64,000 nucleotides of DNA, taken from the NCBI GenBank assembly GCA_964434265.1, contig CAYSUK010000001.1, forward strand, positions 240,391 through 304,390. Direction: 5' to 3'. A model generated the notes under the pieces. That model was not told the origin of the DNA. It saw only the letters and a list, made by a program, of their open reading frames with translations, and did no database searches. The position numbers and the translations under genes are program-made. This document shows, piece by piece, positions 57,596-64,000 of the stretch (within the stretch, counting starts at the first letter, position 1; each line of letters starts with the position of its first letter). The stretch comes from an uncultured Christensenella sp. Its GTDB lineage: Bacteria > Bacillota > Clostridia > Christensenellales > UBA1242.

Positions 57596-58255
57596 TTATT
57601 TCGCTTTGCTTAGATATTGCTTAGCGCAGTTTTGTTCGCACTCTTTATGGCTTTTACCTGTCGCTTCGGCGACTTTTTTATCGTCCACATAAAGTGCAAC
57701 AGTAAATATTTTTTGGTTATTTTTGCCGACTTCTTCCAAAATTTCAAAACGAAAACTCCTTTGTGGTGTCATGGCTTGAAGCGTTTCTTGAAGGGTGGTC
57801 TTGTAGTCGATATGGTCGGCGACATGTTTGGCTACATGTTTTTTATCGACCAACAGCATTCTTTCAACAATCGACCTTGCCTCATTTATTCCACCATCAA
57901 AATATACTGACGCCAATATACTCTCAAAGACATCGGCTTTTATGCTATCTGACACAACTTTGACACTCTTTCCAACACGAATATAATTGTCGATACGATT
58001 TGACTTTATGATGTTTGCGAAAGTCTCGGTCGAAACGAGTTTTGCACGGTACTTTGAAAGCAGCCCAGCATCTACATCAAAATTTTGATAGAGATACTCT
58101 CCCACTATAAAGTCAGCAAGAGCATCACCCACATATTCGAGTCGCTCATAACTATCAACACCATGTTCGTGAGCATAACTTGTATGAGTAAGTGCTCTTT
58201 CTAAAAGTTTTTCGTTGTTAAATTTATATCCGATTATTTTTTCAATACTATTCAT
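57596..58255 (-). CDS. rnc: Ribonuclease III
   Basis: Start trimmed to ATG 58255 (MNSIEKIIGYKFNN); ERLEYVGDA signature; 8-nt overlap with plsX. Confidence 0.93.
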   Translation of the reverse strand: MNSIEKIIGYKFNNEKLLERALTHTSYAHEHGVDSYERLEYVGDALADFIVGEYLYQNFDVDAGLLSKYRAKLVSTETFANIIKSNRIDNYIRVGKSVKVVSDSIKADVFESILASVYFDGGINEARSIVERMLLVDKKHVAKHVADHIDYKTTLQETLQAMTPQRSFRFEILEEVGKNNQKIFTVALYVDDKKVAEATGKSHKECEQNCAKQYLSKAK

Positions 58256-59273
58256 TTTCAATATCCAAATGTATGTTTTCGATATCCTTTGCAATATTTT
58301 CTACGACTTTTGCTTTGTGTGCATCGACTACTTGCATAATACTTGCGCAAAAACTCTCAGGAGTACTACTTCCATGCGACTTAATTACAAGTTTTTTACA
58401 ACCTAATAGGCATGCTCCGCCTTGATTATTGTAGTCAAGTACACTTTTTAAGTTTTTAAAGGATTTTCGCATAAACAGATATCCAAACTTACTCCAAAAA
58501 CTGCTTTTAATTTCACGTTTGAGCATAGATAGAAGTGACAAAATCGCACCTTCGCTACTTTTTAAGAGAACGTTTCCTGCAAATGCATCGGTCACAACTA
58601 TATCGTAGTCGCCAGAAAGCAATTCTCTTGCCTCCATATTACCTACAAAGTTTATGCAATCAAGTCTGCTGAGCATAGGGAATACAGTTTTGCATAGTTC
58701 GTTTCCTTTATGGTCTTCTGTGCCGACATTTAGTAATGCAACACGTGGTTTTTCAATGCCGTATACATTTTTTAGATATGCATTCGCCATGAGTGCAAAG
58801 TGTACAAGATTTATAGGTTTTGAATCCATATTTGCACCACAATCACAGATTGCTACTATGCCACCCTTCTTGGTAGGAAGAATAGGACAAAGTGCTGGTC
58901 TTGATACTCCTTGTAGTCTGCCAAGTTTTAAAAACGCACCTGTAAGTACAGCGCCTGTACTTCCACCACTAACCATTCCGACAATCTCTTCGTTTGTGCG
59001 AAGTTCGTTTATTGTTTTTACAAGCGAAGACTCAGTTTTTTGTCGGATAGCTGTTGTTGGAACATCGTCATTTGTAATAACATCTGTCGCATCAATAATT
59101 GATATTTGGTCAGCATTGTATTTTTCTTCTGCCAAAATATCACTTATCTCGTTTTGTTTGCCGACGATTACTACATGCAAATCCTTGTCTTTATTTACAG
59201 CCATTACACTGCCTTTTACTGTGGCGATAGGTGCATTATCCCCACCCATGCCGTCGATTATTACCTTATACAT
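58248..59273 (-). CDS. plsX: Phosphate acyltransferase PlsX
   Basis: Start trimmed to ATG 59273 (MYKVIIDGMGGDNAP) with GGAGA SD. Confidence 0.94.
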   Translation of the reverse strand: MYKVIIDGMGGDNAPIATVKGSVMAVNKDKDLHVVIVGKQNEISDILAEEKYNADQISIIDATDVITNDDVPTTAIRQKTESSLVKTINELRTNEEIVGMVSGGSTGAVLTGAFLKLGRLQGVSRPALCPILPTKKGGIVAICDCGANMDSKPINLVHFALMANAYLKNVYGIEKPRVALLNVGTEDHKGNELCKTVFPMLSRLDCINFVGNMEARELLSGDYDIVVTDAFAGNVLLKSSEGAILSLLSMLKREIKSSFWSKFGYLFMRKSFKNLKSVLDYNNQGGACLLGCKKLVIKSHGSSTPESFCASIMQVVDAHKAKVVENIAKDIENIHLDIENE

Positions 59274-60957
59274 TATATATCTCCTTTTTTGTGTTTTGGT
59301 CATTGAATGTGATATGCGAAATCTGACCACTCTCAATCTCAATTATTTTGTTACATACATCTGCAAACTCTGAATATGCACTGAAAATAATTGTCGTTTT
59401 GTTTGACGATATGTTTTTTATCACATCTAAAATTTCTTTTTTCTCATCAGCATTGATATTGCGTGGAATTTCGTATATCAAAACAACCCCACTTCCACTT
59501 AGCAAGCACTTTGCAAGTCCCAATAAAAACTGTTCTTTACTACTAAGAGTGCTTGGATTTGTCTCCAACTTGTCTTTTGATGACATCAGTTTGTTATATA
59601 GTCCAACTTCTTCCAAGGCATTATTAATTTGTTTTTTATTTGACTTTACAAGACTGAGTTCTTTTACTATCGTTTCTTCAAAAAAGTATGGCTTACTAGT
59701 AACATACGATATATTTTTAGACATGGCTCGTTTGGAATAATCAGATATTTCAAGTCCATCAATATATATATCACCTTTATCTGGTTCGATAATGCGGTTT
59801 AGCATTTCAAAGATAGTTCGTTTGCCCGAACTTCGTGTCCCTAAAAACAAAACAGTATCGCCGTCTTTAATATGAAAATTTACATCTTTTAATGTTGTAC
59901 GGTTTTCGTCGTTTGGTTTTTTAGAATAATATACATTTATGAAGTCAATTTGTCCTAAAATGTCATCATAATTGTTTTTGCCAAATCGCACAACGTCGCG
60001 TTCGGTAAATTCGGAGACTGTCTTTACTCTATTCATGCTTACAATGGCATTTTTGAGTTCGGTAAATATAACCAAAAACTCGTTTGAAACAGTGATACAA
60101 TTTGAAATATATGGCACAACTATCAAATACATTTCAAGTGTAAGTGAACCTTTAGATACCATTATGACCATAAACACTGTAACAACAAAGATAAACAAAT
60201 TACACCATACATAATACCAGTTGTCGATAGCCGACGACCAGTGTTGGCGACGACGGAATTCGTCGATATATCTATCGCCAGTTTTCGCTGTTTTTTCTTT
60301 AAGCATGTGTTTGACATTGTCATTATTTACATAATCTTTTGAGTCCAGTACTTTTGAAAATGCAGTATATTCGTCATCAATACTCTCTCTAATTTTGCGA
60401 GTGCCGTTTGCATAGCGTGTTTGGAGTAAGGATATGATAACGCTATTTATGTAAATCATAACCACAATAACAAGTGCAACTATTATATTTATACCAGCAA
60501 CAATGCAAAGCATAATAATTACTTGAAGTAGTCGTCCCAATCTACCCGTCAAAGAATCTGAAAAATTTGCGACAGTATAAACATCTTGGTGATAAATATT
60601 TAAAAGTTTGTTGGCGCTATTTGTCTTAAAGTTTTCTTTTTCGGCAACAAACATTTTATCGACTATCTCACTTTGCATTCGGGCATAACTACTTTTAAGT
60701 AGACGTGGGTGAATTATATATTTAGGATGAATGAATACATTTCTAAGTGTATATAGCAACACACCAAACAATAGATTTAGTATAGCCAATTTATAATTGC
60801 CGACAGTAATTGCAGTAATTACCTTGGCCGAAAAAACCGGTTCGAGCACGATACATATTCGATACAAACATGATGACAACAGCGACAAACTAAACCATTT
60901 TTTATCAGGGCGCGCAAACTGCCACCACTTTTTAAGCATTTTAAGATTTTCTCGCAT
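59266..60957 (-). CDS. ABC exporter-type half transporter (TMD-NBD) with degenerate nucleotide-binding motifs
   Basis: 563 aa; six predicted TM helices then an NBD with GTRSSGKRT (Walker A), VTSKP (Q-loop lacks Gln), LSSKEQ (signature), VVLIYEIP (Walker B lacks Asp). Confidence 0.8.
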   Translation of the reverse strand: MRENLKMLKKWWQFARPDKKWFSLSLLSSCLYRICIVLEPVFSAKVITAITVGNYKLAILNLLFGVLLYTLRNVFIHPKYIIHPRLLKSSYARMQSEIVDKMFVAEKENFKTNSANKLLNIYHQDVYTVANFSDSLTGRLGRLLQVIIMLCIVAGINIIVALVIVVMIYINSVIISLLQTRYANGTRKIRESIDDEYTAFSKVLDSKDYVNNDNVKHMLKEKTAKTGDRYIDEFRRRQHWSSAIDNWYYVWCNLFIFVVTVFMVIMVSKGSLTLEMYLIVVPYISNCITVSNEFLVIFTELKNAIVSMNRVKTVSEFTERDVVRFGKNNYDDILGQIDFINVYYSKKPNDENRTTLKDVNFHIKDGDTVLFLGTRSSGKRTIFEMLNRIIEPDKGDIYIDGLEISDYSKRAMSKNISYVTSKPYFFEETIVKELSLVKSNKKQINNALEEVGLYNKLMSSKDKLETNPSTLSSKEQFLLGLAKCLLSGSGVVLIYEIPRNINADEKKEILDVIKNISSNKTTIIFSAYSEFADVCNKIIEIESGQISHITFNDQNTKKEIYNV

Positions 60958-61017
60958 AAATAATTCCTTTCAGTGATTATAATAACACATAAAGCCAAAT
61001 ATCACAAACAATTAGCG

Positions 61018-61049
61018 AAAAAAAATAAAGACCACATTATATGGTCTTT
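61018..61049 (-). terminator. Rho-independent terminator after rpmF
   Basis: 8-bp stem AAAGACCA (61027-61034)/TGGTCTTT (61042-61049), U-run on minus strand. Confidence 0.65.
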
Positions 61050-61056
61050 ACAAAAA

Positions 61057-61263
61057 CTATTTAGTTTCGTTGTTTTCTTTTTTGTCTTTGGCTACGACGA
61101 TTTTTTGTTCGCCATCATAATATCCACATTTCTTGCAAACTCTGTGGTTTTCTTTAAGTTCGTGACAGTGTGGACACTCAACAAGAGAAGGTGTAGAAAT
61201 CTTCCAATTTGCTTTTCTTGAATTACGTCTAGCCTTAGATACCTTACTTTTTGGTACTGCCAT
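61057..61263 (-). CDS. rpmF: 50S ribosomal protein L32
   Basis: MAVPKSKVSKARRNSR N-terminus, CxxC...CxxC zinc ribbon; unusually long (68 aa) with a K/E tail. Confidence 0.93.
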   Translation of the reverse strand: MAVPKSKVSKARRNSRKANWKISTPSLVECPHCHELKENHRVCKKCGYYDGEQKIVVAKDKKENNETK

Positions 61264-61292
61264 ATTGCACCTCCCTATTTATTTGCTCTAAG

Positions 61293-61321
61293 ATTATATA
61301 GCAATAAAACATCTTTGTCAA
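61293..61321 (-). promoter_or_regulatory. Consensus sigma-A promoter for rpmF (TTGACA-17-TATAAT)
   Basis: -35 at 61316-61321, -10 at 61293-61298, exact 17-nt spacer; GGGAGG SD follows. Confidence 0.6.
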
Positions 61322-61363
61322 TTATAAAACAAAACTATTTTTGTGATTTTTTGATTAAATCGA

Positions 61364-62557
61364 CTATCTAGCTACGATTTTCTCAGTTTCTTTTGCAATT
61401 ACGTACTCTTCGTCAGTAGGAATTACAAATGTACGTACACGCGAACCATCTGCTGTAATCTCTGCGATTTGGTCTCTTTCTACACCATAGTTTTTGTCGT
61501 TGTCTACGCTCCAACCGATATAGTCCATGTTTTCAGAAACCATTTCTCTTACTTCTGGTGTATGCTCGCCAACACCTGCTGTAAATACTACTGCGTCAAG
61601 ACCGCCCATTGCTGCAGAATATGCACCGATATATTTTTTGATACGATAAGCATACATTTTGAGTGACAACTCGATATCAGGATCGCCTCTAAGTTCAAGT
61701 ATCTCACGCATGTCAGATGCTTTACCGTTTACACCGATAAGACCGCTATCTTTATTTAGCATCTTCAATACTTCGCTTACTGACTTACCTTCTTTCTTGC
61801 AGATAAACTCAATTACTGCTGGGTCGATATCGCCCGAACGAGTATTCATCATGATACCTTCAAGTGGTGTAAAGCCCATAGATGTATCAATACTCTCGCC
61901 ACCTTTTACAGCTGTGATAGATGCACCACTTCCGATGTGACAAGTGATAATTTTAAGGTCTTTTATGTCCTTACCCATTACTCTTGCACATTCGTTTGCT
62001 ACAAAGTAGTGACTTGTGCCATGAGCGCCATAACGACGGATAGCGTATTCGTCATAGTATCTTTTAGGAATAGCATATCTATATGCATAATCTGGAAGTG
62101 TCTTATGGAAACCGATATCAAATACAGCGACATTTGGGATTTCGCTACTAACAGCCATTGCACCCTCAATACCTGAGATTGCACCTGGAACATGTAGTGG
62201 CGAGAAATCAACACGTGATTTAAAGTCTTCTAGCACTTCTGGTGTAACCAAAATAGGGTCAAAATACTTGTCACCTACGTTTACGACACGGTGGCCAAAT
62301 GCTTTGATTTCTTTAATGTCTTTTACAACACCAACTTCACTATCAGTAAGTTGTGAAAGAACCATTGTCATTGCTTTTGCGTGGTCGTTTATTGTCTCAT
62401 TTATAATAACTTCTTTGCCATTTGCTTTGTATCTTAAAAAGGACTTGCCTTCGCCAATACGTTCTACATTGCCTTTTGCTAGGACTTTTGCTTCTGCTGT
62501 CTCTAAAAGTTGGAATTTTAGAGTGCTACTTCCAGCATTAATAACTAAAATTTTCAT
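61364..62557 (-). CDS. ackA: Acetate kinase
   Basis: 397 aa; MKILVINAGSSTLKFQL N-terminus, HRVVNVG, typical length. Confidence 0.96.
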   Translation of the reverse strand: MKILVINAGSSTLKFQLLETAEAKVLAKGNVERIGEGKSFLRYKANGKEVIINETINDHAKAMTMVLSQLTDSEVGVVKDIKEIKAFGHRVVNVGDKYFDPILVTPEVLEDFKSRVDFSPLHVPGAISGIEGAMAVSSEIPNVAVFDIGFHKTLPDYAYRYAIPKRYYDEYAIRRYGAHGTSHYFVANECARVMGKDIKDLKIITCHIGSGASITAVKGGESIDTSMGFTPLEGIMMNTRSGDIDPAVIEFICKKEGKSVSEVLKMLNKDSGLIGVNGKASDMREILELRGDPDIELSLKMYAYRIKKYIGAYSAAMGGLDAVVFTAGVGEHTPEVREMVSENMDYIGWSVDNDKNYGVERDQIAEITADGSRVRTFVIPTDEEYVIAKETEKIVAR

Positions 62558-62566
62558 ATTTTCTCC

Positions 62567-63562
62567 TTAATTTTTACTTTGCAAAATTGTTATAGCGATT
62601 GTTGTGACTATTTCGCTCTCGCTTGCCCCACGGCTTAGGTCATTTACAGGTTTGTTTAGACCTTGCACAATAGGACCAATAGCTTTGTACCCACCAAATC
62701 GTTGCATAATCTTATATCCAATGTTTCCGCTATTAAGGTCAGGGAATACAAGTACATTTGCCCTGCCACCAACAGACGAGTCTGGACACTTAACTTTTGC
62801 AACGTCGCTACAAATTGCACTATCTAATTGTAACTCGCCATCGTACTTAAAGTCAAGAGATTTAGCATTCATTATTGAGACAGTTTTACGAATTTTATCC
62901 GCCGACTCACCCACACCGCTACCTTTGGTCGAATATGAAAGCAGTGCAACTCGTGGGTCTTCGCCCAAAAATGTGCGAAAACTATTTGCGCTGTCAATGG
63001 CGATATCGGCAAGTTCTTCGCTAGATGGGTTTTCCATAATAGCACAGTCGCTAAGCAGATACTTTTCACGGCTACCATCTTTTAGCATAATGAAAAAACT
63101 CGATGCCTTTTTATTGGGTCTACATTTTATTATTTGGAATGCAGGCTTGAAAGTGTCTTTTGATGGGACGCATATGCCCGACACACTGCCATCTACGAGT
63201 CCAAGTTCGACCATCATTGTCGCATAGTATACGGGGTCTTGTAGTAGTTTTTTGGCATCGTCAAGCGTAATCCCCTTATCCTTTCTTATCACATACAATG
63301 CATTTGCAAGCATTTCAGTCATCTCATGTGTATGGATATTTACCACTCTTACATTTTTGTATGATTGCAGATTATACTTTTTTAAGTCATCGTCATTTTG
63401 AACTAAAAACACAACATCGCAAATATTATTCTTAGCACAGTACAGTCCTGCATTGACGATTTTGTCAGACATGCTCGCTTCGGGCAAAACGATTGTGCCT
63501 TTGAGTTTTTTGGCAGAGTTTAGCCATTTGGTTTCTTGAGCAGAAAAAGTGTAATTTTCCAT
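62567..63562 (-). CDS. pta: Phosphate acetyltransferase
   Basis: Start trimmed to ATG 63562 (MENYTFSAQETKWL) with GGGAG SD; IGPIVQGLNKPVNDLSRG C-terminal motif. Confidence 0.92.
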   Translation of the reverse strand: MENYTFSAQETKWLNSAKKLKGTIVLPEASMSDKIVNAGLYCAKNNICDVVFLVQNDDDLKKYNLQSYKNVRVVNIHTHEMTEMLANALYVIRKDKGITLDDAKKLLQDPVYYATMMVELGLVDGSVSGICVPSKDTFKPAFQIIKCRPNKKASSFFIMLKDGSREKYLLSDCAIMENPSSEELADIAIDSANSFRTFLGEDPRVALLSYSTKGSGVGESADKIRKTVSIMNAKSLDFKYDGELQLDSAICSDVAKVKCPDSSVGGRANVLVFPDLNSGNIGYKIMQRFGGYKAIGPIVQGLNKPVNDLSRGASESEIVTTIAITILQSKN

Positions 63563-63677
63563 AAAACAACTCCCTTTTGTCAAAAAGTATTTGCAAGTAA
63601 GCAAAAACTATTATATAATGATTTTGTAGTTATATAATACACTATTTAATATAATTTGTAAAACAATTAGGTGAAAT

Positions 63678-64000
63678 ATGAATTTATGTGCAATTATTTG
63701 TGAATACAATCCATTACACTATGGTCACTTGTATCACATTCAAAAATCCAAAGAACTAAGTGGTGCCGACGGAGTGCTTTGCATACTTAGCGGAAACTTT
63801 ACCCAACGTGGCGAGCCCACTGTCTGCAACAAATACATCAGAGCGACTATGGCACTTGAAGCAGGAGCAGATATTGTTGTACAAATGCCGACAGCATATG
63901 CTTGTTCGTCAGCAGAAATATTTGCTTTGGCAGGTGTCAAGATTGCAAACAGTTTTAAAAATGTCACTCACCTTTCATTTGGGTGTGAGACCAAAAACTA
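63678..64000 (+). CDS. tmcAL: tRNA(Met) cytidine acetate ligase TmcAL/YlbM-like nucleotidyltransferase, N-terminal fragment (runs off window)
   Basis: Own + strand translation MNLCAIICEYNPLHYGHLYHIQKSKELSGADGVLCILSGNFTQRGEP...; EYNPxHxGH motif; AGGTGA SD; only + strand gene in the window. Confidence 0.8.
   Translation, partial: MNLCAIICEYNPLHYGHLYHIQKSKELSGADGVLCILSGNFTQRGEPTVCNKYIRATMALEAGADIVVQMPTAYACSSAEIFALAGVKIANSFKNVTHLSFGCETKN

Noticed and set aside
58654-59373. Long + strand ORFs antisense to strong minus-strand genes (e.g. 58654-59373 239 aa, 62604-63227 207 aa, 39440-39955 171 aa, 54511-55023 170 aa, 25404-25907 167 aa, 57079-57582 167 aa)
   Set aside because: They are shadow ORFs. 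Their translations are low-complexity (S/F/L/T-rich), they lack SD sequences, and each is fully covered by a minus-strand gene with unmistakable family motifs (plsX, pta, hslU, smc, DGR target).
63740-63967. 75-aa minus-strand ORF at the right edge
   Set aside because: It is antisense shadow of the + strand TmcAL-like gene (EYNPLHYGH...SGNFTQRGEP), which has an SD and clear family motifs.

Overview
The window is 64 kb of low-GC, spore-former-type Firmicutes (Clostridia-like) chromosome. About 65 genes are packed almost without gaps, and all lie on the minus strand except a partial tmcAL-like gene at the right edge. No tRNA, rRNA, CRISPR array or transposase was seen. Most of the window is conserved housekeeping synteny:
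- argR (partial), proS, xseBA, nusB, asp23-like, and a complete spoIIIAA-AH operon
- endonuclease-IV-like, truB, nrnA, rbfA, infB, ylxQ, ylxR, nusA, rimP
- rseP, cdsA, uppS, frr, then tsf, rpsB
- DUF1292, ruvX, nifU, nifS, iscR
- trx, tcdA, hisS, hslUV, trmFO, topA, dprA, yifB
- rplS, yraN, rnhB, rbgA, trmD, rimM, ylqC, rpsP, ffh, ylxM, ftsY, smc, rnc, plsX
- an ABC-type protein, rpmF, ackA, pta

Two accessory insertions interrupt this core.

(1) A complete diversity-generating retroelement (DGR) lies at 22.2-25.9 kb, in the slot between frr and tsf where pyrH normally sits. It consists of a target gene with a C-terminal variable repeat (VR), an Avd-like gene, a 119-bp template repeat (TR) and a reverse transcriptase. 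By hand alignment, 25 of the 26 VR/TR mismatches fall at TR adenines. An 11-nt G/C homopolymer lies between -35-like and -10-like hexamers upstream of the target gene, so tract-length phase variation of its promoter is possible.

(2) A 1666-aa BspA-type leucine-rich-repeat surface protein lies at 31.5-36.5 kb. Its N-terminal ~210 aa are homologous to the N-terminus of the DGR target.

Other oddities:
- a 516-aa OB-fold + DEDDh exonuclease, resembling the N-terminal part of PolC, occupying the syntenic polC slot
- a degenerate-NBD ABC protein translationally coupled to plsX
- missing dxr/dxs/ispA/acpP/pyrH at their usual syntenic positions
- ARG-box-like operators upstream of argR

All family calls rest on reading the translations and motifs by eye. 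No database search was possible.
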